Notes: generated by a model from the sequence alone, not told the origin. Positions 1-9,521 are shown, counted from the first letter of the stretch. The stretch: 64,000 nucleotides of DNA from an uncultured Chloroflexia bacterium (GCA_963788375.1 CAWBGT010000027.1:679020-743019); one strand, 5' to 3'. A program made the numbers and translations.

Positions 1-132
1 GATCTCGCCGCGGCCGGACGAGTACCGGGTCGAGAGGTACCGCTGGGTCATGTCCGTGCGCCGGGGACCCTCCATAGCATCCGGAACAGGACGTCGGCGA
101 TCATGGCCGGCGCCACCGGAGAAGCGCCACCG

Positions 133-387
133 ATGTCGGGCCTGCGAGATCGCTGCCCCGGATGCAGCCGTCGCCTCATCATCACGCGCTTCGACGCCAC
201 GTTCCGGCTGTCGGACCGGACCGAGCGGCTGTGCTTCGGCATCCCCGGTGGGCTGTGCGAGGACTGCCACCAGCTGTATATCGACCCGGAGCTGATCGAG
301 CTCCTGGACCTTGGCGATGGCCGGTGCGTGTTCGCGATCGAGAGCGACATCGTGATGCAGGAAGAGGCCTGGTCCTCCGCGGACTGA
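133..387 (+). CDS. YgiT-type (MqsA N-domain-like) zinc-finger protein, about 85 aa. The upstream context is cut off at the window edge.
   Basis: ORF 103..387; internal Met at 133 is preceded by a GGAGAA-like RBS. Cys pairs 'CPGCSRRL...CEDCHQLY' with a 'FGIPGGLCEDC' spacer match the YgiT-type zinc-ribbon pattern. Confidence 0.4.
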   Translation: MSGLRDRCPGCSRRLIITRFDATFRLSDRTERLCFGIPGGLCEDCHQLYIDPELIELLDLGDGRCVFAIESDIVMQEEAWSSAD

Positions 388-399
388 CGTCCCGAGGGT

Positions 400-1506
400 C
401 TACCTCGCGCGTCCGGCGCTTCCCGACGCCCGTGCGGCCCGATCCCGTGCGGCCGAAGTGCCATCCGAACCCGTCCTCCTGATTGCGACCCGGTCCTGCA
501 CCCAGAGCGTGAACGCCAGCCGGACCTGGCGCTCCGTGGACCCGGCATCAGCCGCACCCTTGATCCGTGCGTCGAGCTCGAGCACGCCCTCGAGCGCGTC
601 CTCGAGCTCCGGGAGCGCCCAGTGGCGGGCCTGGTCCACCAGCTTCTGGGCCCGGAACGGATGCCCGCCGATCGCCTTGACGATGTCCGGCGGCCGGCTG
701 CCGGCGGCGATGTGGTCCGCGGCGATCAGCAGCTCCCGGAGGCGGCGGTGGAGCTGGACGATGATGACCGGCAGCGGGGTGGTCTCCAGCAGCCGGTCCA
801 GCAGCGGCGCAGCGATGTCCGCCCGGCGCTCCGCGAGCGCGTCGAGCATCGCCCACGTGGAGTCGGGGACGACCTCAGGGACGAGCGCGCGGACGTCCGC
901 GATCGTGATCGGTGCCGCCTGGCGGTAGAGCGCCAGCTTCTCCAGCTCGGCGGCCGCCAGGGTGCCCTGCCGCTGGCGGTCCACGTCACCCTCGCTCACG
1001 AAGCCGCCGACGCGACGCGCAAGCTCATCCGCCGCGTCACGATCGAGCTCGAGGCCGCGTTCCGTGGCCAGGTTGCGCAGCCAGCCGGAGAGCTCGCCGG
1101 CCCTCGGCGCCGCGAAGGCCCTGGCCTCGCCACCGGCCCTGAGCACCGACGCCTCCAGCCCCTGGAGCATCGCGGCCCGCTTGGTCCCCGTGTCGCCCTG
1201 CTCCACGAACACGAGGGCGTTGCCCGGGGCGACCGTGCCGAGAGCCCGGTCCAGCGCCTCACGAGCGTCCTTGGACCGGACCAGCGCTCCCGGGTCCGTG
1301 ACCACGGCAACGCATCCGCCGCCGAACATCGGGGCCGTCCCGACGCGCTCGGCGATCTGGGCCGCGTTCGTCTCGACGCCCGTCACGCGCCAGCGGTCCG
1401 GCGCGGCACCGGTCTCCTCCTCCAGGCGCCGGGCCACCTTCGCCACTGCCTTGTCCAGCGCGTACCCGTCGCCGCCACGGTAGTAGGCGATGACCGGTGC
1501 CGTCAC
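400..1506 (-). CDS. holA: DNA polymerase III delta subunit (HolA).
   Basis: Translation 'VTAPVIAYYRGGDGYALDKAV...ELDARIKGAADAGSTERQVRLAFTLW' is typical of HolA. GTG start at 1506 is preceded by GGGAGG. A 4-nt overlap with the upstream HD gene indicates an operon. Confidence 0.8.
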   Translation of the reverse strand: MTAPVIAYYRGGDGYALDKAVAKVARRLEEETGAAPDRWRVTGVETNAAQIAERVGTAPMFGGGCVAVVTDPGALVRSKDAREALDRALGTVAPGNALVFVEQGDTGTKRAAMLQGLEASVLRAGGEARAFAAPRAGELSGWLRNLATERGLELDRDAADELARRVGGFVSEGDVDRQRQGTLAAAELEKLALYRQAAPITIADVRALVPEVVPDSTWAMLDALAERRADIAAPLLDRLLETTPLPVIIVQLHRRLRELLIAADHIAAGSRPPDIVKAIGGHPFRAQKLVDQARHWALPELEDALEGVLELDARIKGAADAGSTERQVRLAFTLWVQDRVAIRRTGSDGTSAARDRAARASGSAGRAR

Positions 1507-2126
1507 GCGGAGGCCTCCCGGATGGCCCGTCTCGACCAGCGGAGTCGGCGCACCTCGGAGGGGTCGACGCCGGCGGCCGCGCAGACCTCCCACTCGAGCG
1601 CAATGGCTCGCGCCTCCGTGCGGGCAAACGTCTCCTCGTCCCACGCCGTTCCGCCAGTCCGCTTGACCCGCACGCCCGATCCCGGCGGATAGCGGCGGTG
1701 CCACGAGGCGAAGCGCTCGGCCATGGACTCGAGCTGCTGGCCGGCCCGCTTGTCGGCGTAGGCGACGACCTTGGCCTCGATCGGTGCAGCCGCCAGGCGG
1801 GCGGCATCCGTGTCGTCGGCGAGGCGCGTCACGGGATGGTCGCGCACCAGCACAGCCAGCTCGCCGTGGCCACGAGTCTCGAGCCAAGCGGCCGAGCCGT
1901 CACCGTGGCGGATCCCTTCCTGGCGGCCAGCCGACAGCTTGTCGACGTCGTGGAGCAGGGCCGCGGTCTCGACGGCCAGGACGTCCATGGGGTGTCCCGC
2001 CCGCGCGATCGCGTGCGCCAGCCAGGACGCCACGTCGGCGACGGCGCACGCGTGGCGGAGGGACCATTCTGGCGGGTCCAGCGAGAGCAGCAGGCTGGCG
2101 GCCTCGCGGCGCGCCGGGATGGTCAT
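1503..2126 (-). CDS. HD-domain phosphohydrolase (YqeK-like).
   Basis: HD motif 'AALLHDVDK' with an upstream His (RHACAV). ATG at 2126 (M29 of the ORF); start could instead be at 2210. Translationally coupled to holA. Confidence 0.65.
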   Translation of the reverse strand: MTIPARREAASLLLSLDPPEWSLRHACAVADVASWLAHAIARAGHPMDVLAVETAALLHDVDKLSAGRQEGIRHGDGSAAWLETRGHGELAVLVRDHPVTRLADDTDAARLAAAPIEAKVVAYADKRAGQQLESMAERFASWHRRYPPGSGVRVKRTGGTAWDEETFARTEARAIALEWEVCAAAGVDPSEVRRLRWSRRAIREASA

Positions 2127-4581
2127 GGCATGAATCGTAGCCGGTGTCGGCGGCGCGGGCGATCCGGCGGCCCTCGAATGCCCGACGTCGGGCGCCTGAC
2201 GTCGTGACACCCAACCCGTCGGGACGGAGGTCTACCTCGATGCTGCCCTCGAGGTCCGTCCGATGGACCTGGGCACCCGCCTCACGGAGTCGCTCGAGCG
2301 TGGATGGGGCGGGGTGCCCGTAGTCGTTGTCCGCGCCGACCGAGATGAGGGCGAGGGCCGGCTGGGTCGCCGCCAGCAGGGCCGCGCTCGTCGCCGTCGC
2401 GCTCCCATGATGGGCAACCTTGAGGACGTCGAGATGCGGCAGTCCGCCCGCCACCAGCGCGGGATCGACGTCGTCCTCCGCGTCGCCGGTCAGCAGGAAC
2501 CGGCGCCCCTCGGCCTCGCCCAGGAGGATGATCGAGGTGTCGTTGATGCCGCGCCCCGTCGAGGCCGGCTGCGTGGGAACCCCGGGCGGCGGCCACAGCA
2601 CCCGGAACGCGATCTCGTCGAGGGTCACGCCGGCACCGGCGGCCAGGGTCGAGCGGGGTGGACCGTGCGCCAGGGCATCGTCCCAAGCCGCCCAGCCCGA
2701 CCCGGGACCGTGCATCCCGGGCTCGAAGACGCGGCCCACCCGGTATCGCTCCAGGACCCGCACGAGCCCCGCGACGTGGTCCTCGTGGGGGTGCGTGAGC
2801 ACGACCAGGTCGATCCGGCGATCCCACGGCGGGATGCGCGCGTCGAGCTCCACGATCAGCCGGTCCGGGTCTGGCCCGCCGTCGACCAGCATCCGGCCGC
2901 CGCCGCGGCTCTCGACCAGGATGGCGTCGCCCTGGCCGACGTCGAGCATCACGAGCCTGGTGGCGCGGCCGGTGGCATCGCCGAGGGCCAGGGTCGAGAC
3001 GGCAACGATCACGGCTGCCGCCCCGAGCACGAGCCGGTCCCGGCGCGACAGGCGCGGTGGTGCGGCCCGGCGTCCGGAGGCGCCAGGAGTGCCGTGTGCT
3101 CGTGGCCGGCTGGATCGTCGCCGCAACCGCTCCTTCGTCGCGCGCAGGAGACGCGGGGCGAGCAGCACGGCGGCCGCGGCACCGAGTGCGGCGACGCCTC
3201 CGGCCTCCGGAGGGATCGAGACGGCGGCGAAGGGCAGGCCCGCGGATGCCCGCACGACGGCCACCATCACGTGCAGGAGGAGCCACGCCGGGAGGCCCAG
3301 GAGCGTCGCGATGATGGCGGGCAACCCGAGCATCGCCGCCCCTCCGCCCGCCATGGCGAGCACGCCGGCACCCATGGCCGCGGGCACCAGGGGCACGACG
3401 GCGAGGTTGGTGACCGGAGCCACGAGCGAGAGCCGCCCGAAGGTCATCAGCACGTCTGGCAGCGTGGCGGCCTGGGCCGCGAGGGAGATCCCGAGCCCCT
3501 CGGCGAGCCACCCGGGCATGCGCCCACCGGCGAGGCCCCCGAACCAGCGGCCGAGCGGCGTGCCCCAGGCGAGCAACCCCGCCGTCGCGGCGACCGACAG
3601 GCGGAACCCGGCGTCGCCGATCATCGCCGGCTCCACGGCCGGCATGCCCACGGCGGCGAGCGCCAGCGCGGCCGGAGCCCGCGCCGCGCGCCCCGACTCA
3701 CGGGCGCCGAGCACCACCCCCGCCATGACGGCCGCCCGCACCACGGACGGCGACGCGCCCGCGGCGACGACGTAGGCCGCGATCGTGCCGGCCACCGCCA
3801 TGGCCACGACCCGCCGAGGCCGTCCGCGCATGACCGCGACCACGATCCCCGCCACGATCGCGATGTTCCAGCCCGAGATCGCGACCACGTGGCTGGTCCC
3901 CGCCGTGGCGAAGTCCGCCGCGAGCGCACGGTCCACGCGTTCGCGGAGGCCGATCAGGATCCCCGCCGCCAGCCCCGCCTCGGGCTCCGGGAGCGCGAGG
4001 CGCAGTGCGTCGCCGGCGGATTCCCGTGCCCGCTGGAGCGTGATCCCGTCGGAGGCTGTCACGATCCGGACCGAGGCCGCCCGCAGGCTGCCGGCGGCAC
4101 CCGTCCGCCGCAGGTACTCGCCGTACGGGTCGTCGTCCGGCGGTGGCCGGAGGCGGCCGCCCACCTCGATCAGGTAGCCCGATCGGACTGCCGGGAACGC
4201 TGGGAGCGTGGCCGCGACCGGCACCGGCCCAGGATCCACCTCCAGGTTCAGGCGGACGGTCTGCTGGCCGTCCAGCGGCGATCCCACGGCCACCACCTCG
4301 GCAGTCCACGGACCGGATCCCGTCGGCAGGGGTGGGGGCGGCGGCGCCGCCGGGCCGAGGAGGACGCGCATCCCGATCAGGAGCGCTCCCCCTCCGGCGG
4401 CAATCGTCGCGACCGCGGATCCGGCCCGCGGCGGACGGACCGCGAGCCCAAAGAGCAGGGCGACCAGCCCGGCCACGATGGGCACGACCGCGGGCAGGCT
4501 GAACCACGCCCAGGCTGCAGCCGCAGCGGCCCCGGCCGCCACCCAGGCGCCGCGAGGCACCCGGGCCGGCGCGCCGCTCAC
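1900..4581 (-). CDS. comEC: ComEC/Rec2 DNA-internalisation competence protein (membrane domain plus metallo-beta-lactamase domain). The 3' end is probably over-extended by a frame error.
   Basis: Multi-TM N-terminal region. MBL motif 'LVVLTHPHEDHVAGL...KVAHHGSATATS'. The last ~95 codons after '...IEVDLRPDGLGVTT' are low-complexity and overlap the HD gene in another frame. The ATG overlaps the comEA stop (ATGA). Confidence 0.8.
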   Translation of the reverse strand: MSGAPARVPRGAWVAAGAAAAAAWAWFSLPAVVPIVAGLVALLFGLAVRPPRAGSAVATIAAGGGALLIGMRVLLGPAAPPPPPLPTGSGPWTAEVVAVGSPLDGQQTVRLNLEVDPGPVPVAATLPAFPAVRSGYLIEVGGRLRPPPDDDPYGEYLRRTGAAGSLRAASVRIVTASDGITLQRARESAGDALRLALPEPEAGLAAGILIGLRERVDRALAADFATAGTSHVVAISGWNIAIVAGIVVAVMRGRPRRVVAMAVAGTIAAYVVAAGASPSVVRAAVMAGVVLGARESGRAARAPAALALAAVGMPAVEPAMIGDAGFRLSVAATAGLLAWGTPLGRWFGGLAGGRMPGWLAEGLGISLAAQAATLPDVLMTFGRLSLVAPVTNLAVVPLVPAAMGAGVLAMAGGGAAMLGLPAIIATLLGLPAWLLLHVMVAVVRASAGLPFAAVSIPPEAGGVAALGAAAAVLLAPRLLRATKERLRRRSSRPRAHGTPGASGRRAAPPRLSRRDRLVLGAAAVIVAVSTLALGDATGRATRLVMLDVGQGDAILVESRGGGRMLVDGGPDPDRLIVELDARIPPWDRRIDLVVLTHPHEDHVAGLVRVLERYRVGRVFEPGMHGPGSGWAAWDDALAHGPPRSTLAAGAGVTLDEIAFRVLWPPPGVPTQPASTGRGINDTSIILLGEAEGRRFLLTGDAEDDVDPALVAGGLPHLDVLKVAHHGSATATSAALLAATQPALALISVGADNDYGHPAPSTLERLREAGAQVHRTDLEGSIEVDLRPDGLGVTTSGARRRAFEGRRIARAADTGYDSCHDHPGAPRGRQPAALAGPARMVPPPRVRRRRRGVLAGARDRAGGTPHGRPGRRDRGPAPRRRQAVGWPPGRDPPR

Positions 4582-5285
4582 GGAACGGCAGTGGCGAGCG
4601 GGCGCACCTTCTCGAGCGTGGCTGCACCCACGATCTTGCGGGCCAGCAGGTCGTCCACGCCGGCGAACGGCTGCTCCTCGCGGGCGGCGATGATCTTCGC
4701 GACCGTCACGGGCCCAACGCCCGGCAGCGTGTCCAGGGCCTCGGCCGTGGCGTGGTTCAGATCTACCGGACCGCCCGCAGCCGGGGCGCCACCCCCATCC
4801 GATGTGCCCCCGCCTGCGGTTGTCGCCGGCGCTTCACCGCGGATGGGCACGCGGACCTTCTGGCCGTCGGTCACGGAGGCCGCCAGGTTCAACTGGCGGT
4901 CGACGAGCGCCGCGTCCACGGTCGTGCCGTAGCCGCCGGCCGCCACGATCGCATCGCCGATGCGGGAACCTGCGGGGAGGCGGTACACCCCGGGTCGCAG
5001 TACCGCGCCGCCCACATCCACCACCAGATCGGGGGCGGGTGACGCCGGATCCGCGGACCGGGTCCCCCCTAGTCCAGCAGCTCCGGCGTCAAGGCCTGCC
5101 GCGCCGTCCACGCCGATGACCGGCTCGGGTCGTGCGGTGACCAGCAAGGCCGCTCCGGCCACGACGACGGCGACGAGCGCTGCGCCGATGGCCGGCCACG
5201 GCAGGCCGCGCGACGCGGGCCCGGGCTCGGGCGGTGCGGATTCGGTTGTCTCGAGGACGCGCCACGGCGCGCTGGAGGGCTCCAC
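4578..5285 (-). CDS. comEA: ComEA, a competence DNA receptor with a helix-hairpin-helix domain.
   Basis: N-terminal TM anchor, SLBB-like region ('VVDVGGAVLRPGVYRLPAGSRIGDAI'), and a C-terminal HhH motif ('VDLNHATAEALDTLPGVGPVTVAKIIAARE'). Confidence 0.8.
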   Translation of the reverse strand: MEPSSAPWRVLETTESAPPEPGPASRGLPWPAIGAALVAVVVAGAALLVTARPEPVIGVDGAAGLDAGAAGLGGTRSADPASPAPDLVVDVGGAVLRPGVYRLPAGSRIGDAIVAAGGYGTTVDAALVDRQLNLAASVTDGQKVRVPIRGEAPATTAGGGTSDGGGAPAAGGPVDLNHATAEALDTLPGVGPVTVAKIIAAREEQPFAGVDDLLARKIVGAATLEKVRPLATAVP

Positions 5286-5479
5286 GGGTCGGACGTCTCC
5301 CCGGCGGGCCCGGCGGCGGGCAATGGGGTGACCGCCGCCCCGTAGGGGGCACGTCCTGCGGGGCGTCGGTCCGGGGCGAACGCTACGCGCGGCCGCTTAT
5401 GTGCGACTTATGCGGTGCCCGGCCCAGCGGCATGCCCGGTCGGGACGGGCTAGGATCGGGTCAGGACAGGGGAGCATCC

Positions 5480-6199
5480 ATGGCCGACGATCCGTTCCCG
5501 CGCGCACGCACCGCCGCAACGCTGCGGCGCATGCCCGCGTACCTGCGCCTGGCGTGGCGGCTCGGACGCGATCCGGTGCTCGGCCGCGTTCGTCGCGGGG
5601 CGGTTATCGCCGCTGCGGGCTATCTCGCCTCGCCCGTCGATCTCGTTCCGGGCGTGATCCCCGTCCTCGGCCAGCTGGACGACATCGCCTTCGCGCTTGC
5701 CGCCCTCAAGTTCGCCCTGGCGGGCCTGGACCCGGAGCGTCGCCGCGGCCATCTCGACGCGGTGGGCCTGGCCGACGGGGACCTGATGGAGGATCTCCGG
5801 ACGATGCTCGTCGCGACCGCTTGGGTGGTCCGGGCTGGAGTGCGCACGACAGGCAAGGCCGCGCGGGGCGGTAGCAGGCTGGCCGTCACCGGGACGAGGG
5901 TGGCCGGTCGGGCGACGCGGAAGACCGCGTCCGCTGCGGCAATCGCGGCGTCGAAGGCGGCGCCCGCCGCCAGGGTCGCCGCGGCGAAGGCGGGACCGGC
6001 CGCCCGAGATGCCGCTACAAGGGGCGGGTCCGCTGCCCGGGGGGCGGCTGGCCACCGGCCGACGGTCAGGATCACGCTCAGGCGCCCGCCGTTACTTCGT
6101 CGTGGTCGCCGGACCGGTGGAGACGCCCTCGACGTCGAGTCCGATGTGATCGCCCTCCCGGCTCCGCGGGAGGGCGGGCCAGAGGAGCCTCAGGCCTAG
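5480..6199 (+). CDS. DUF1232 (YkvA-like) membrane protein with a low-complexity Ala/Arg-rich C-terminal tail.
   Basis: Motif 'YLASPVDLVPGVIPVLGQLDDIAFALAAL'. ATG at 5480 is preceded by an AGGGGAG RBS. The tail length is uncertain. Confidence 0.55.
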   Translation: MADDPFPRARTAATLRRMPAYLRLAWRLGRDPVLGRVRRGAVIAAAGYLASPVDLVPGVIPVLGQLDDIAFALAALKFALAGLDPERRRGHLDAVGLADGDLMEDLRTMLVATAWVVRAGVRTTGKAARGGSRLAVTGTRVAGRATRKTASAAAIAASKAAPAARVAAAKAGPAARDAATRGGSAARGAAGHRPTVRITLRRPPLLRRGRRTGGDALDVESDVIALPAPREGGPEEPQA

Positions 6200-6202
6200 G
6201 GC

Positions 6203-6502
6203 TCAGGCGGCGGGTCCTCCGGCGCCCCCCGCCTCAACGGTCCGCCCGGCCCGCCCTTCGATCCTGGTGGCCGCCGCGCAGGCGGACCCGGCCAGTGATC
6301 CCGCGCCCGCCCCAACTTGCCGCAGCGTGGCCGCCAGCGCACGGCGGGGCGCCGCGATGGCCCGCATCGGCGCGAGGTCGGGGTGGGCGAGCCGCTCGGT
6401 CGCCGCGCTCTCCTCGGCGCGGCGCCACGCTGAGCGCTTCTCGGCCTCCTGCTGGCGCTCCCGCGCGAGGTCGCGCGCCATCTCGGCGTAGATCTGCCAC
6501 AT
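6203..6502 (-). CDS. Hypothetical protein, about 99 aa.
   Basis: ORF with an internal Met ('MWQIYAEMARDLARERQQEAEK...') preceded by GGAGGA. No recognisable domain. Confidence 0.3.
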   Translation of the reverse strand: MWQIYAEMARDLARERQQEAEKRSAWRRAEESAATERLAHPDLAPMRAIAAPRRALAATLRQVGAGAGSLAGSACAAATRIEGRAGRTVEAGGAGGPAA

Positions 6503-6518
6503 CGTCGTGTCCTCCGTC

Positions 6519-6638
6519 AGCGGCTGGTGGAGCCGCGGGTATCGGTTCCGTCGAATGCATCCCGGCTCTCCGCACCCGCGGCGGCGGCGACCAGGGCGAA
6601 GATCGCGAGCACGATCAGGGTGGTGATGATGGCGTCCA
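6519..6638 (-). CDS. Small single-TM peptide (40 aa: MDAIITTLIVLAIFALVAAAAGAESRDAFDGTDTRGSTSR).
   Basis: Read by hand from the reverse strand. ATG is preceded by AGGAGAC. The stop overlaps the RBS of the downstream ORF. It is below the ORF-track length cutoff. Confidence 0.3.
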
Positions 6639-6654
6639 TCGGGTGTCTCCTCGC

Positions 6655-6732
6655 GTCCGATCACGTAACCGGACCAGTACATCTAACTAGTTACGAACTC
6701 TACCCGCTTGCGCGTAACCTGTCAACAGGTTT
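6655..6732. promoter_or_regulatory. Divergent intergenic region with three GTAAC(C)...GGTTAC inverted repeats and a perfect 14-bp palindrome ACCTGTCAACAGGT.
   Basis: Palindromes read directly from the sequence. They lie between the small-peptide operon (minus) and the CGNR regulator gene (plus). Confidence 0.4.
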
Positions 6733-7399
6733 ATGGTGGTTACGACGCCAAGATGCCGAACCAAGCCCCCTCCACCCCCAGCCCACGTCCACGCCGCCAC
6801 TCTCGACGCCTGTCTCGAGTTCATCAACACGGTCGAGCTCACCGACGGCCGGCCCGAAGACCACCTGCCCACTGCCGATGATGCGGTCGCGTTCCTGGTG
6901 GACCGCGGCCTCGCACACGAGCAGGATCTCCAGCGGCAGGCAGACCGGGACGGCTCGCGCTGGCTGGCGCGGATCCAGGCGGCGCCGGCAGGCACTGCGC
7001 GACGTCTGGGACGCCCAGGTCGAGGGTCGCGCCGCCGCGGCCGAGGCGCTCGCCACGCTCAACGTGCTCCTCGATGGAGGTCCGCGGGTCGAGTTGCGGC
7101 CGGGGCCCATCGGGATCGAGGTCGCCCACCGGCACTCGGAGGACGACCCCACCGGCGAGGCACTGGCGCTGCTGGCGGCCCCGCTCGTCGAGGTGCTCGC
7201 CTCGGGCGCGACCGACCGCCTCAGGATCTGCGCCAACGACGGCTGCCGCTGGGTGTTCGAGGACACGTCGCGCGCGGGCCGCCGTCGCTGGTGCGACATG
7301 ACCACCTGCGGGAACCGCGCGAAGGCGCGGCGCTTCCGCTCGAAGGCGCGGAGCGACCACGCGGAGGAGGCGCTGCCCCCCTCGGGGGAGGGTCGGTGA
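6733..7399 (+). CDS. ABATE plus CGNR zinc-finger putative stress-responsive regulator, interrupted by a +1 frame change near 6985 (pseudogene or sequencing indel).
   Basis: The N-terminal ABATE-like part ('LDACLEFINTVELTDGRPEDHL') is in the frame of ORF 6733. The C-terminal part ('CANDGCRWVFEDTSRAGRRRWCDMTTCGNRAKARRFR') is in the frame of ORF 6527..7399. Confidence 0.6.
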
Positions 7400-7624
7400 G
7401 CCTCTCCGCGGGTCGCATCGGTGGCCAACCGATTCCAGATCACCGGCGGTGCTATCGGCGGTCAGGATCGATGGCGGCGCGGTCGATCACTGGCCGGAGA
7501 ACGGGATAATCGGCCTCGCAGCACGGCCGGTGATTTGCGGGTCGATTTCGACTCTGTGTGAGCCGCGGGAGGCGGCGATACCCGCCTGATAGCACTGCGG
7601 GTGATCCGAGGGGTGCTAGCGCCT

Positions 7625-7745
7625 CGGCCGGCGCCACGCCCGAGGCTACGGCCGGCGCCACGCCGAGGCTACGGCCGGCGCCACGCCCGAGGCTACGGCC
7701 GGCGCCAGGGGCCGCCGGCGCCACGCCCGAGGCTACGGCCGGCGC
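7625..7745. repeat. Imperfect tandem repeat of a ~24 bp unit (GGCGCCACGCCCGAGGCTACGGCC), about 4-5 copies, intergenic.
   Basis: Seen directly in the sequence. It lies between the CGNR gene and the convergent LLM oxidoreductase gene. Confidence 0.7.
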
Positions 7746-7783
7746 CGCCGCCGCCGGCGCCACGGCCGGTGCCAACCCTGGAG

Positions 7784-8728
7784 CTACACCTGGCCCTTCT
7801 CGAGCAGCGGCCTGACCTCGGTGGCGAACCGGGTCATCGACTCCTCGTCGTAGTCGGCCGGCGTGCCGGCGATCAGGTGCCGGTAGCCGATCTCCAGGTA
7901 CGGGGCGATCTTCTCGGCCACGTCCTCGGGTGTTCCGACAGGCTGGTCCTCCCACGGAACGGCCACCCGGTTGCGATCGAACGCGGCCCGGTACAGGCGC
8001 TCTGCCTCCGCCCGGTCGTCGCGGATGAACACCGTGCCCACGCCCGTCGTGCGCTCGATCTCGGACGGGTCGCGACCCACGGTCTCGCAGTGCTGGAGCA
8101 GCACCTGCTCCTTGTGCCGGACGCCGGCCACGCCGCCGCCGACGTTGTTCATGTCGCCGTACTTCGCGACCAGCTTGAGCGTGACCTTCTCGCCGCCGCC
8201 GCCGATGCAGATCGGCAGGTGGGCCTGGACGGGCCCCGGCAGATTCCGGGTATCGCGGCTCACGTAGTGGGGACCGGCGGCCGTGGGCTCCGTGCCGTCG
8301 AGCATGCCGCGCATGATCGGCAGCGCCTCGCCCAGCCAGCGCAGCCGCTCCGGGAAGCCGGACCCGAAGTCGAGCCCGAAGTCCTCGTGCTCCTCCTCGA
8401 ACCACGCCCCGCCGATGCCGAGGATGGCGCGGCCGTTGCTGATGTGGTCGAGCGTGGTCGCCATCTTGGCCGTGAGCGTGGGCGCCCGGAAGGTGTTGGC
8501 ACCGACCATCAGGCCGATCCGGATCTGCTTCGTCGCCTGGGCCCAGGCCGCCAGCGTCAGCCAGCCCTCGAAGTTGGGCCCCGTCGAGTCACCGACGATC
8601 GGATAGACGTGGTCCCAGGTCCAGAGCGTGTCGTAGCCCAGCTCGTCAGCCCGAATGCCGGCCCGCAGCAGAGCGGGCCATTCGGTGTACTGGTTCCAGC
8701 AGAGTGCGCCGATCTTGACCTGGGCCAT
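7784..8728 (-). CDS. Luciferase-like monooxygenase (LLM) class F420-dependent oxidoreductase.
   Basis: 'MAQVKIGALCWNQYTEWPALLRAGIRADELGYDTLWTWDH...LIAGTPADYDEESMTRF' is a typical LLM fold sequence. ATG at 8728 is preceded by GGAGAC. Confidence 0.75.
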   Translation of the reverse strand: MAQVKIGALCWNQYTEWPALLRAGIRADELGYDTLWTWDHVYPIVGDSTGPNFEGWLTLAAWAQATKQIRIGLMVGANTFRAPTLTAKMATTLDHISNGRAILGIGGAWFEEEHEDFGLDFGSGFPERLRWLGEALPIMRGMLDGTEPTAAGPHYVSRDTRNLPGPVQAHLPICIGGGGEKVTLKLVAKYGDMNNVGGGVAGVRHKEQVLLQHCETVGRDPSEIERTTGVGTVFIRDDRAEAERLYRAAFDRNRVAVPWEDQPVGTPEDVAEKIAPYLEIGYRHLIAGTPADYDEESMTRFATEVRPLLEKGQV

Positions 8729-8897
8729 GGGGCAGTCTCCGTGACGGGCGGGTTGGGGCGCCTCCGTCAGGGTACCCGTGAACGCCTGGGCTGGGCCCGA
8801 CGCGCCCGGTTCGCGACGAGCGCGTATCCTTCGGCCTGCTCCGGCTCTCGCCGGATAGTGGGCAGCGTTCCCGCTCGTTACCGGAGGACACCACCGC

Positions 8898-9359
8898 ATG
8901 ACCAGCAGCCAGCCAGCTCGCCCGTCCCACCGCCGCCGGTCCATCGCCGCGCTCGCGCTCGCCGTTGCGGCTGTCGCGATCATCGTGTCAGCGTGCTCGT
9001 CCTCGGGCGGCCTGACCGGCAAGACCTGGCAGCTCACCGCGATCACGGAGAAGGTGCCCGCGTTCCAGGGCGTCGTCCCGGCGGCCGACCAGCCGAACTA
9101 CACGATCGCCTTCAACGACGACGGGACGGCGACCATCCAGGCCGACTGCAACAGCGTCACCGGCACCTACACCACGACCTCGGACGGGGCCATGACAATC
9201 ACGCTCGGCGCGTCGACGATGATGGCCTGCCCGGAGGGCTCGATGGCGGACCAGTACATGGCCGGCCTGTCGGCGACCAAGAGCTACGCCGTTGACGGCG
9301 ACCAGCTCACGCTGACCCTCGCCGACGAGGGCACGCTGGAGTTCGCAGCCGCGAAATAG
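8898..9359 (+). CDS. Lipoprotein with a META/HslJ-like (DUF306) domain.
   Basis: Signal peptide with lipobox 'IVSAC'. GGAGGA RBS. '...YTIAFNDDGTATIQADCNSVTGTY...DGDQLTLTLAD' resembles the META domain. Confidence 0.55.
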   Translation: MTSSQPARPSHRRRSIAALALAVAAVAIIVSACSSSGGLTGKTWQLTAITEKVPAFQGVVPAADQPNYTIAFNDDGTATIQADCNSVTGTYTTTSDGAMTITLGASTMMACPEGSMADQYMAGLSATKSYAVDGDQLTLTLADEGTLEFAAAK

Positions 9360-9521
9360 CGTTCAACGGGGCCGCCTGGGAGCGGCCGATCACACCACTG
9401 GACGCGGCGTCACCGGGGGACCGGGCGCCGCGTCGGTGCGTCCGCTGCGTCCGCGCACCTGGCAGCCGGCCCGGGCGGGCGGCCGCGGCCCACGCCGCCC
9501 GCCAAGGGGACCGCTCGGCCG

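Noticed and set aside
2263-4932. 889-aa plus-strand ORF and other long ORFs opposite comEC/comEA.
   Set aside because: Antisense to the ComEC/ComEA genes. Translations are Arg/Gly/Pro/His-rich with no domain signatures.
7452-8405. 317-aa minus-strand ORF overlapping the LLM oxidoreductase.
   Set aside because: Arg/Gly/Ala-rich low-complexity translation. The LLM gene in the other frame has clear family signatures.
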